Assembly (NCBI GenBank): GCA_027858235.1
Contig: JAQIDC010000028.1
Coordinates: 11,184-75,183 of the forward strand
DNA: 64,000 nucleotides
Direction: 5' to 3'
DNA from: Patescibacteria group bacterium
GTDB lineage: Bacteria; Patescibacteriota; Patescibacteriia; Patescibacteriales; BM507
The notes under the pieces are model-generated. The model saw only the letters and a program-made list of their open reading frames with translations. It ran no database searches and was not told where the DNA came from. The position numbers were made by a program, and so were the translations under genes. Below, in pieces: positions 30,067 to 38,670 of this stretch (within the stretch, counting starts at the first letter, position 1; each line of letters starts with the position of its first letter).

Positions 30067-30492
30067 CTAGGATGCTTTCTTATCTAATTTAGCACCGTAT
30101 TTTGATCTAGACTGTTTTCTTCCTTGTACACCTTGAGTATCATAAACACCACGAATCACTTTGTAACGTACACCCGGTAAATCTTTTGTTTTACCACCTT
30201 TAACCAATACAATTGAATGTTCTTGTAGGTTATGTCCCATTCCTGGAATATAGGCTGTAACTTCCATTCCATTAGAAAGTCTAACACGAGCAATCTTACG
30301 CAAAGCTGAGTTAGGTTTCTTTGGTGTAGTTGTTGTAACCTTCAAACAAACCCCTCTTCTAAATGGAGCTCCTTTTTTTAACTCAGTTCTCTTTCTATGA
30401 AGAGTATCAAGAGTTGATTGTAGTGCTGGGTACTTACTTTTTGAAGTTGTTTTTTTTCGTCCTATTCGAACTAATTGGTTCATTGTTGGCAT
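30067..30492 (-). CDS. rpsL: 30S ribosomal protein uS12
   Basis: [26 protein letters not shown]. Confidence 0.98.
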   Translation of the reverse strand: MPTMNQLVRIGRKKTTSKSKYPALQSTLDTLHRKRTELKKGAPFRRGVCLKVTTTTPKKPNSALRKIARVRLSNGMEVTAYIPGMGHNLQEHSIVLVKGGKTKDLPGVRYKVIRGVYDTQGVQGRKQSRSKYGAKLDKKAS

Positions 30493-30754
30493 ACTATAAT
30501 ATTTGGTTTATCTAAAAAATTTATTAATACTAAAACAAACCCCTCGTAAAAGGGATATGAAATTTCTTCATTAAATTTATCAAAATATTTAAAATAAGTC
30601 AAGAGCTAAAAGAATGAAGATTTTTGATTTTTGATTGAATGTTTGATTTGATAATTATTTCCAAAATATTAAATCTTCATCCCCCCCCAATATCGTTGAC
30701 ATTACAAACAATCTTCATTAATATACAAAAACTAAATAGCTCTTTAACCTTTTA

Positions 30755-31093
30755 ATGACAATGGAGGTAATTATGACCGTATCCGATGAAACATATTCAT
30801 CCCCACCTACTCCTGCTGTAATTCATATCTTCTCTGAAGATAATCGCCCAAGAGGTTACGTTTTAACATCAGAAAATATTTTTGGTTCACATGGTAGCGA
30901 AAATCTTGAAACTATTTTAAAAAGGTTGTTAAGTCTAATTTTCGAGAAAGAAATCATTGGGAAATTCACAATCGCCACCTACCCTCCAAAAGCTTATGCT
31001 GGTCAACTCAACCGTAAACCATCTCCACTAACCCAAGAAGACACAATAACTATCAAAAACATATTCAACTGCACAATTAAAACAGAAGAATAA
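30755..31093 (+). CDS. Hypothetical protein
   Basis: 112-aa ORF; GGAGGT SD before ATG 30773 suggests that start; TTGACA upstream at 30697. Confidence 0.55.
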   Translation: MTMEVIMTVSDETYSSPPTPAVIHIFSEDNRPRGYVLTSENIFGSHGSENLETILKRLLSLIFEKEIIGKFTIATYPPKAYAGQLNRKPSPLTQEDTITIKNIFNCTIKTEE

Positions 31094-31118
31094 AAAACCA
31101 CTACTCAACAAAAACGTT

Positions 31119-31154
31119 CTGCATTTCAACTCCGGGTACAACCAGGAGCCAGCT
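31119..31154 (+). repeat. 36-bp direct repeat, left copy
   Basis: CTGCATTTCAACTCCGGGTACAACCAGGAGCCAGCT, identical at 32543-32578. Confidence 0.9.
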
Positions 31155-31318
31155 GGTAAAAATAAAGTGACAGAAAGGTGCTATTGACAAATACATAAAT
31201 ATGTTCTATATTAATATATTGTCCTTTTACATTTCTATGTTAGAACTCTGTAAACAATCAAAGTTACGTGTTCTCATTTTGAGAACATAAACAATCACAA
31301 ACCAAAAAAGGAGTTTTT

Positions 31319-31846
31319 ATGAAAAACCATGTCGCAATTATTTTCATTCTTGTGTCTCTCTTCCTCTCTGCCTGCTCGGCAAATGTTAATCAAACTTCGA
31401 AGTTTGACCCCGAACACGCCAACCATCACTTCAGCTTTCATCAAGAAGGTAACGATTATTCCCGAGGTTCATTCTATTATTTAAAGGATTTTCGTTTATT
31501 AGTTGAAGTCCAGTCCGTGATAATTCACTCCAACAGCAAGGCCGCTCATAACTACAATCAAGCAAATTGCATTAATGTTGCCACAATTATGAATCAACTT
31601 GAAGAAAATGGCTACTACTTAATGGAAGTTAAAAATGTCGACCACATTGAAAAAATCGCGACTAAACAAGTCATTATCAATGTCGGAAAAACTCCTTATG
31701 TCAGTGGAGGTACTTTCACCACAGACGAACAATCGATGTACATAACAAATCGAAACTTTATCGAATCTGGAGCAGTCCAGATTGAGATTAGGATTTCAAA
31801 TAGAAATATGATTGAAGAAATTGAAGATGCAATTTCAAAAATTTAA
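31319..31846 (+). CDS. Putative lipoprotein
   Basis: Signal peptide with lipobox LSAC; SD AAGGAG; TTGACA-N17-TATATT promoter at 31185. Confidence 0.7.
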   Translation: MKNHVAIIFILVSLFLSACSANVNQTSKFDPEHANHHFSFHQEGNDYSRGSFYYLKDFRLLVEVQSVIIHSNSKAAHNYNQANCINVATIMNQLEENGYYLMEVKNVDHIEKIATKQVIINVGKTPYVSGGTFTTDEQSMYITNRNFIESGAVQIEIRISNRNMIEEIEDAISKI

Positions 31847-31863
31847 TCAAAAAGTTTCCGCCA

Positions 31864-31894
31864 CGTCACAGTCTCTCGCCAGAGGACTGTGACG
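31864..31894 (+). repeat. REP palindrome left of RAYT
   Basis: CGTCACAGTC-TCTCGCCAGAG-GACTGTGACG. Confidence 0.85.
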
Positions 31895-31940
31895 TTTTTT
31901 TATTTAGATAAATTATATCTTTTTATGATACAATATTTTT

Positions 31941-32489
31941 ATGTCAACGAGAAACAGAATATCTATTCCGAATGAAACATATTTTATAACATTCACTATT
32001 CTTGGGTGGAAGAATATTTTTGTTCAAGATAAATACTTTGATTTAATATACAGGTGGTTTGACTATGTGAAGGAGAAATACAACAACACCATTTATTCAT
32101 ACGTGATAATGCCAAATCACATTCATTTGCTAATAAAAATATCAGCTAAATCACCTACACTTTCGGTGTTAATAATGAACGCTAAACGATTTCTGGCATA
32201 CGACATAGTTAAGTTCTTGAAAGAGGATAATAAAAGTGAATTTTTAGATTTTTTTAATCAAAATGCGAGGAAGAATGTTGGGGCCAAACATAAGCTATTT
32301 GAAAACAGATTCGATTCATTAATTATCCAAAGTGAGAAATTCTTCCTTGAAAAACTTAACTATATCCACAAAAATCCCTGCAACAAACATTGGAGACTAG
32401 CAGATTCTCCTGAAAATTTTAAACACTCCAGCGCATCAAACTATACTCTCGGGAAAGGTCACTATGATATTGATGTTATGGATATATAA
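31941..32489 (+). mobile_element. REP-associated tyrosine transposase (RAYT/TnpA-REP, Y1 HUH)
   Basis: YFITFT, YVIMPNHIHLL (HUH), KLNYIHKNP (catalytic Y), SSA; flanked by inverted REPs. Confidence 0.9.
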
Positions 32490-32494
32490 AACGA

Positions 32495-32525
32495 CATCAC
32501 AGTCCTCTGACGAGAGACTGTGACG
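32495..32525 (-). repeat. REP palindrome right of RAYT (inverted copy)
   Basis: CATCACAGTCCTCTGACGAGAGACTGTGACG is the reverse complement of the left REP with 2 mismatches. Confidence 0.85.
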
Positions 32526-32542
32526 AGGCAAAAAAAAACGCA

Positions 32543-32578
32543 CTGCATTTCAACTCCGGGTACAACCAGGAGCCAGCT
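32543..32578 (+). repeat. 36-bp direct repeat, right copy
   Basis: Identical to 31119-31154. Confidence 0.9.
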
Positions 32579-32606
32579 AGATACGAACTTATTTATACTT
32601 TTCTTG

Positions 32607-32877
32607 TGAACATTGGGAAATTTTGGAAGAAAATGAAGCGCCCGCCTGGCTCGAAATTAACAACCCTATATAATCATAATGCTTAATATCGCTAAACATG
32701 GAAAGTATATTTAATGTGTTAACGACATTTCGGACAGGTAGAAAGCTCCATAAAATGTCCGCTGTTTGAGGAATGAAACGCTAGTGTAATGACGAGTTCG
32801 GAATTTTATTAGCTTTCATAGCGTAATGATCCAAAATTTACCAGTTCACTGTTTTTGGTACTTTTTCGAAAAAGTAC
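32607..32877. other. Large multi-stem structured element (candidate ncRNA or non-autonomous element)
   Basis: Closing stem TGAAC..TGGGAAATTTTGGA / TCCAAAATTTACCAGTTCA; inner stems; terminal GTACTTTTTCGAAAAAGTAC palindrome. Confidence 0.5.
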
Positions 32878-32888
32878 ATAAGAAATAA

Positions 32889-32925
32889 GAGATTTCTCCA
32901 CTCTCTTCGTTCGGCCGAAATGACA
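32889..32925. repeat. REP-like GAGATTTCTCC...GAAATGACA unit
   Basis: Resembles a short repeat type recognised from other bacterial intergenic regions; single copy here. Confidence 0.45.
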
Positions 32926-32981
32926 AAATGCTCTTGGGGTGAAAAAATACTTAAAGAATATTCAAAACATCAAACATCCCA

Positions 32982-33482
32982 TTATTTTCCATTATAATAA
33001 TTAATTGACTCATCAATAACTGAAATTCCTTTTATTTTTTTGTTTTTTAGATTTTCTTTTACTAATTTTATTTCGGAGATATCTTCTATTATAAAATCTG
33101 ACATTGAGAACACAAAAGGATGAATCCAATCTTCTATAAAAGAATCTTTGATTTGAATATTTTTTCTGCGATGATAGGTGTCCTTAGGTAACACTGTGAC
33201 TATTGGCTTATTGAAATATTTTGCTATTACCATCTCCTGAGAAGTTCCTACGCCCATCTGATTTTCTGCGTTGACAATAACTATGTCTGAATTCTTAATC
33301 AGCTTACAATCAAAACCAAAAACACCAAAAAAATCACTTTCATCAGCAGTCCTGTCAAAAGGATCGATAAATTCAGTATCAAAATATTTTTTAATAACTT
33401 CCGAATAATCAATCCTCCAGTTTTTAAAATTTTTCACCTTCTTCTTTCCCTTTGGGACTTTGCCTGCTAAATAAATTTTCAT
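32982..33482 (-). CDS. Nucleoside 2-deoxyribosyltransferase-like protein
   Basis: KIYLAG, D..LI..SDIVIV, GVGTSQEM..A...KP. Confidence 0.7.
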   Translation of the reverse strand: MKIYLAGKVPKGKKKVKNFKNWRIDYSEVIKKYFDTEFIDPFDRTADESDFFGVFGFDCKLIKNSDIVIVNAENQMGVGTSQEMVIAKYFNKPIVTVLPKDTYHRRKNIQIKDSFIEDWIHPFVFSMSDFIIEDISEIKLVKENLKNKKIKGISVIDESINYYNGK

Positions 33483-33536
33483 AAATTATCCTATTCAAAA
33501 TTAATTCTAAATTCGTAAATCTAAATTTTTAATTCC

Positions 33537-34160
33537 TTAAGCCCCCACAATCAACCTAAACAAAAAACTAATCACAGGAATTATAAATTGAAAACCAACC
33601 ATCACAAAAGCTAGCACTAAAATAAACCCATATTGCTCCATTTTCAAAAATCGTATCTTCCAATGATAAGGCAGGAACGGCATTAGTATTTTTGAGCCAT
33701 CTAGAGGCGGAATTGGCATTAGATTAAAAATCATTAAAAGAAGATTGATTTGGACTATTATCACTATAAAATCAAACATCATTTGATTTACAAAAAATGG
33801 TTGAGTAGCAAGAATAATTCTCAAAACCAAACCAAAAAACAAGGCCATTATTAGGTTAGCGAAGGGTCCAGCAGCCGCTACTTTCGCTCCTCCATAAATT
33901 CTGTCTCGCAAATTGTTTGGATTAAAAGGAACTGGTTTCGCCCAACCGAAGACAAAAGAGGCTCCTGTTGATATTAAGATAAAAGGCAAAAGTAGTGACC
34001 CAATTGGGTCTATATGTGGTATCGGATTCATAGTTAGTCTCCCCTCATCCTTGGCGGTAGTATCCCCCAGTCTTTCAGCCATCCAACCATGCATATATTC
34101 ATGAATAATAGCCGAATATATAAGAACTACTACTGAAAAAATTACAATTTGTATATCCAT
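33537..34160 (-). CDS. Site-2 protease (M50 family)
   Basis: HEYMH, AAAGP.AN, FNLMPIPPLDG. Confidence 0.93.
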   Translation of the reverse strand: MDIQIVIFSVVVLIYSAIIHEYMHGWMAERLGDTTAKDEGRLTMNPIPHIDPIGSLLLPFILISTGASFVFGWAKPVPFNPNNLRDRIYGGAKVAAAGPFANLIMALFFGLVLRIILATQPFFVNQMMFDFIVIIVQINLLLMIFNLMPIPPLDGSKILMPFLPYHWKIRFLKMEQYGFILVLAFVMVGFQFIIPVISFLFRLIVGA

Positions 34161-34308
34161 TTTTAATTGATTATAGTTAATTATTACCTAGATATTAACA
34201 CAGCTTGATTAATTTATCAAAAGGTGTTAATATCATATCTATAAAATAAAGATATTAATTATATATTTATAAAACCATTTAAAAATGTTTTATAAATTTT
34301 TTTGTGTT

Positions 34309-34479
34309 ATGGCAAGGCAATGTGAATTGTGTGGAAGAGGTTCATCTAAGGATGCTTCAAGATCTCACTCAAATATTAAAACAATCAAAAGACAATACAT
34401 AAATTTGCAAACTAAAAAAATTGGCGACAAAAAATACAAAGTTTGCACTTCATGTTTAAGAACTCTAGCGAAAGCTTAA
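34309..34479 (+). CDS. rpmB: 50S ribosomal protein bL28
   Basis: MARQCELCGR...SRSHSNIKT...NLQ...VCTSCLRT. Confidence 0.93.
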   Translation: MARQCELCGRGSSKDASRSHSNIKTIKRQYINLQTKKIGDKKYKVCTSCLRTLAKA

Positions 34480-34493
34480 GGCTTTTTTCAATT

Positions 34494-34528
34494 AAAAAAA
34501 CTTCTTATTATTTAAGAAGTTTTTTTTG
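34494..34528. terminator. Bidirectional terminator
   Basis: AAAAAAACTTCTTA...TAAGAAGTTTTTTT between convergent genes. Confidence 0.7.
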
Positions 34529-34547
34529 TATCTACAATCCTATATAT

Positions 34548-34826
34548 TTAATGTTGCATTATTTCAAAATTCTCTAGACCCTCATCAATTTCACTCTCTT
34601 CATGTTCAACTTTTTTCACTTTAGCCAATTCCGGTCCTTCACTGCACGAATCAAGATAATCATCTAAATTCTCTTTTGTTCCTTGAACAAGCGTGTAAAC
34701 ATTCCCATTGTCTTGATTCCTAACAAAACCAACCAAATCCAAGTCTCTTGCTCTTTGTTTCAACCAAAATCTAAAACCTATTCCTTTTACATCCCCCTTT
34801 ATTTTTATTGCATATTGAATCTTCAT
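34548..34826 (-). CDS. acyP: Acylphosphatase
   Basis: G.VKGIGFR, GFVRNQDNGNV, GPELAKV. Confidence 0.88.
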   Translation of the reverse strand: MKIQYAIKIKGDVKGIGFRFWLKQRARDLDLVGFVRNQDNGNVYTLVQGTKENLDDYLDSCSEGPELAKVKKVEHEESEIDEGLENFEIMQH

Positions 34827-34953
34827 ATTACAAAAAATACAGTGCAGTTAATATCCCTGCTAAACTAATTAATTCTATGGAAAAAATTTTTATAAAAGTA
34901 ATTCCCATTTTATCTATTTCAACAAACATATTATTTAAATAAATAATAACATT

Positions 34954-35361
34954 CTATTCTTCATCCTCTTCACTCGGCAAATTATCAATCTTCTCTTTAA
35001 CTATTCTTGCTACATCATCTAATTTCCAGTCAGTCTTTACTAAAAAATCGAATACGCCAACCTTGGAAGCTTCGGCCACATGAACTGGATCAGAAATATT
35101 AGTCAACATAATAATAGGCACATCTGCTCCCCACTTATCATCTTCCCTAATTTTATTCATAACAGTTAGGCCGTCCATCTTTGGCATCATAATATCAAGC
35201 ATTATAAGGTCTGGATTTTTTTTTAGGGCAATGTTAAGACCCTCTTCTCCATCGTTTGCAACCAAAACATTATAATCTTTTTTTAGTTTTAAAGATAAAG
35301 CTTCAGCCATTGAAAATTGATCTTCAACTATTAATACTGTTCTTTTATTTGATTTTCCCAT
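34954..35361 (-). CDS. Single-domain response regulator
   Basis: VLIVED, DLIMLDIMMPKMDG, MLTN, FLVK. Confidence 0.92.
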   Translation of the reverse strand: MGKSNKRTVLIVEDQFSMAEALSLKLKKDYNVLVANDGEEGLNIALKKNPDLIMLDIMMPKMDGLTVMNKIREDDKWGADVPIIMLTNISDPVHVAEASKVGVFDFLVKTDWKLDDVARIVKEKIDNLPSEEDEE

Positions 35362-35386
35362 ACTTTTATATAAATTAGATTAAAAT

Positions 35387-35431
35387 AACCCAAGGGGTTT
35401 CCCTGTAGCTGGGAATTTATGTTCCTCAGCT
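35387..35431. repeat. REP-like hairpin family B, copy 3
   Basis: AACCCAAGGGGTTT...AGCTGGGAATTTATGTTCCTCAGCT. Confidence 0.6.
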
Positions 35432-35436
35432 GTAAA

Positions 35437-36531
35437 TTAAACAGACAAAGATTTTGTTCCTCCTTTTTTTTTCATTCCCCCTAGAGGAATCTTAATAAAT
35501 ATTGTTGTGCCTGCATTTTTTATATCTCCATTATTTTTGCCGAAAGGCTCCCTGCTCGGAGACTCAAACCAAACACTACCTCCTGATTTTTCAATAATAG
35601 CCTTAATTATATAAAGCCCCAAGCCCGTCCCAACTGATTCAATTTTTTTAACATTATCAGCTCTAAATAATTTAGTAAATATTTTGGATTGTTGCTCTTC
35701 TGGAATACCGCACCCCTTGTCTGATACTTTTATTAAAATATCCTTATCCTCTTTTTTAATTGATATTTTTATGGACTCATTGTCTGGAGTATATTTAACA
35801 GAATTAGAAATTAAATTTTCAAAAACAAGTCTCATTAAAGAAGGATCAACATTTAATTCTGGAATTTCATCGTACTCTTTTATGATATTTATCCCCTTGC
35901 TATCTATTTCTTTTTTAAACTTCTTTATAATTTCATCTGAAACAGGTATTATATCAGACATCTCTGGATTGATTGAAAATGTCCCTAAGTCAATTCTAGA
36001 TACAATTAGAAGACTATTCACGAGTTCTATCATTCTTTCGTTGGCTTTGTATGTTTCTCTTAGATACTTCAACTGATCTCCTTTTACTTCGCCGGCATCA
36101 CCCGAAACGATATAATCTATATACCACTTTATAATAGAAAGAGGGGTTCTTAATTGATGTGAGGCCAAGGAAACAAAATCGACCTTAGCTGCCTCAATTT
36201 CTTTGTTTTTCGAAGCCTTGCTTGTCGCCTTTGATTTGATATCAACCATTAATTTATTTATTGACTCTGCCAGTTTGGATATCTCGTCACAACCATGAAC
36301 TTCTAATTTCTCTTCATACCCCCCTGCTCCAAGCTCCTCTATTCTTCTTTTTAATATCTTTAATTTCTCGTCTTGTTTTCTAAAAACAAAGAAGATTAAA
36401 AGAAGAACAAAATAAAAAAATATCAAGTTGCTTATTAAAATAACAACGACATCATCAACCCAAAAAATTGTCACAAGAAAAAATACAAATGATGAGTATA
36501 TTATTGCAGTAATTTTATTTGATAGTTTCAT
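35437..36531 (-). CDS. HAMP-domain sensor histidine kinase
   Basis: SHQLRTPL H-box, NLISNSVKY, DKGCGI, GTGLGL. Confidence 0.93.
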   Translation of the reverse strand: MKLSNKITAIIYSSFVFFLVTIFWVDDVVVILISNLIFFYFVLLLIFFVFRKQDEKLKILKRRIEELGAGGYEEKLEVHGCDEISKLAESINKLMVDIKSKATSKASKNKEIEAAKVDFVSLASHQLRTPLSIIKWYIDYIVSGDAGEVKGDQLKYLRETYKANERMIELVNSLLIVSRIDLGTFSINPEMSDIIPVSDEIIKKFKKEIDSKGINIIKEYDEIPELNVDPSLMRLVFENLISNSVKYTPDNESIKISIKKEDKDILIKVSDKGCGIPEEQQSKIFTKLFRADNVKKIESVGTGLGLYIIKAIIEKSGGSVWFESPSREPFGKNNGDIKNAGTTIFIKIPLGGMKKKGGTKSLSV

Positions 36532-36929
36532 AGGGTAAACTTATCTTCTAATTTTACACTAATATTTGTTTTTCGTAAAACAAAAATACCGGGTAAACTC
36601 CGATATTCCTGTTTATATTAAATATAGCTTTAATTACAATCGAAATCGTCTCTGCTTTTTATGAGACCAAAACATCTTAACCGTCTCATAAAAAGAGCTA
36701 AAATCAAGAATGAAGAGACTCCCCAAGAGAAACAAGCCGATTATCCCAGAGATTGCTAACATAATAAATGCCATGAATGGGACGCCTAATACCAATTTAG
36801 CTAAAAATAATGAAGGTAAAAAACTCTTTTTTCTTTTTAATATTAGACAAATTTATGATTGACAAAAAAATACAATTATGATAAATTGTCATTTCGATAA
36901 ATTTTAAAAATAATTTCACATAAAACATT

Positions 36930-38669
36930 ATGAACATAAATTTTAAGAATAAATACATAATTATTAGTTTGATTGTCTTATTGATATTCTTGCTTGCATT
37001 CTTTGTATTAAAAGATAATGAAGAAGAAGAAAGTGTTCCTGAAAAAATAGCGATACCTGTTTCTGTCATAAGTGTGGGGAATGAAAGTGTTGACCAAGAT
37101 AAAATAGAAGCTGTTGGCTCCGTAAAAGCTGATTCGCAAATTAAATTAGTTGCCATGGAATCTGCCACTGTCAGAGGAGTCTTTTTTGACATTGGAGATA
37201 ATATAGTTTTGGGTCAAAGATTGGTATCTCTCGGGGACAATACAATCTCTTCCAATCTACTCATCGCTCAGAACGATTACCTAAGCAGAAAAAATAGTCT
37301 TGAAATTGTCAAAACATCGACTGAACAAGACATCCAATCATCAGAAATTAATGTAGCGAACGCAAGGGAAAGCCTTGAATTATCCAAAATTCAACTCAAA
37401 ACAGCTCAGGATAATTATGATAATGGAATTATTCAAATTGATAAAAACAAAATTGATCTAAAAAATAATGCTGTTATTACACACAATAATAATTTAAGTA
37501 TTTTATTTGATACTCTCGATCAAATTAACTTCATTATAAAAGCCGAGGGAGATAAACAGATTTCTGGAATTAAAAATGTTATTGCCGCCAAAGATAAACA
37601 GAGCCTAAGCAAATCAACTCTGTCATATTTCAATGCTAAAAACTCCTATACATCCCTTCTCTCCGAACCAGCCAATCCAGAAAAAGCTCTAGACTTAATA
37701 AATAAATCTGTTAATTGTCTGCAACTAACCAAGGTCGCCCTAGATGATTTAATCCTAGTCCTAGATAGTACGGTTAGCTCTGTTGATTTTAGCGAAACAA
37801 CCTTAAGCACGCAAATTTCAAAATTTAATCAACTAAGAATATCTATATTAGGAATTGAAGCAAAAACGAAAAGCTTAGAGCAGTCAATTGAGAATATTGA
37901 AATAAATTCCAAGGCTGATATCGATAGGCTAGATAATTCTTTAGCTGCGGCCAAAAACCAAATTAAACTTTCAGAAATTGCTCTCCAAAATACAGAACTT
38001 GGCCTAGAAAAAACAAAAAATGCAAAAGACCAACAAATTATTTCAGCTGAAATAGCTCAAAATAATACTCTCGGTCAACTCAACCTAGCAAGACAGAGAG
38101 CTGGAGATCTTAGTATTAATAGTCCTATCAGTGGAATCGTCACAAAAAAAATGATTGAAGTTGGTCAAGAAGTGAGCCCTGGAACGCAAATTGGTGAGAT
38201 CTCAAAACTAGACTTAATAAAAATAATTATAATGCTCCCATATGACGAAGCATATAGAATAAAAACTGGAGACGGGGTTCTTATTGAGAATAAGTTCAAA
38301 GGCTTTATATCACAAATAAATCCATCTGCTGATTCATTGAGCAAAAAGGTAGAAGTCGAAATAGCCTACGATAATGAAAACAAAGATTTAATTGCTGAAA
38401 CTTTTGTAAATATTGATATTCCTACCAATAAAAATATTAAATCAAAAAACAACTTTTTTCTCTTACCTCTAAAGGCTGTTTCTATTTCGCAAAACGAAAA
38501 TTTTGTTTTTCTGAATGAAAATGGAATTGCAGTTAAAAGAAAAGTTGAAATTGGAGAAGTTCAAAACAATTTGGTTGAGATAATAACTGGACTATCCGAA
38601 GAAGATAGTCTAATTATTGAGGGGAATAAAAACCTCAACGATGGAGATAAAATTGAAATAAATTTATAA
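36930..38669 (+). CDS. RND efflux periplasmic adaptor subunit with long coiled coil
   Basis: N-terminal TM, SPISG lipoyl motif, LP..AV, EI.TGL C-terminus. Confidence 0.85.
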   Translation: MNINFKNKYIIISLIVLLIFLLAFFVLKDNEEEESVPEKIAIPVSVISVGNESVDQDKIEAVGSVKADSQIKLVAMESATVRGVFFDIGDNIVLGQRLVSLGDNTISSNLLIAQNDYLSRKNSLEIVKTSTEQDIQSSEINVANARESLELSKIQLKTAQDNYDNGIIQIDKNKIDLKNNAVITHNNNLSILFDTLDQINFIIKAEGDKQISGIKNVIAAKDKQSLSKSTLSYFNAKNSYTSLLSEPANPEKALDLINKSVNCLQLTKVALDDLILVLDSTVSSVDFSETTLSTQISKFNQLRISILGIEAKTKSLEQSIENIEINSKADIDRLDNSLAAAKNQIKLSEIALQNTELGLEKTKNAKDQQIISAEIAQNNTLGQLNLARQRAGDLSINSPISGIVTKKMIEVGQEVSPGTQIGEISKLDLIKIIIMLPYDEAYRIKTGDGVLIENKFKGFISQINPSADSLSKKVEVEIAYDNENKDLIAETFVNIDIPTNKNIKSKNNFFLLPLKAVSISQNENFVFLNENGIAVKRKVEIGEVQNNLVEIITGLSEEDSLIIEGNKNLNDGDKIEINL

Positions 38670-38670
38670 T

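Noticed and set aside
31941-32489. Ordinary IS200/IS605 TnpA
   Set aside because: Length, the NP..SS C-terminal motifs, the inverted REP pair and the absence of tnpB fit a RAYT better.
31119-32578. 36-bp repeats as a CRISPR array
   Set aside because: Only two copies, 1.4 kb apart with genes between; no spacer periodicity and no cas genes.
32760-32800. Hammerhead ribozyme (CUGUUUGA...GAAA)
   Set aside because: The core does not match CUGANGA and the stem arrangement does not fit.
36634-36774. Small hydrophobic minus-strand ORF (MAFIMLAISG...)
   Set aside because: No SD, uncertain start, and it overlaps a palindrome; insufficient support.
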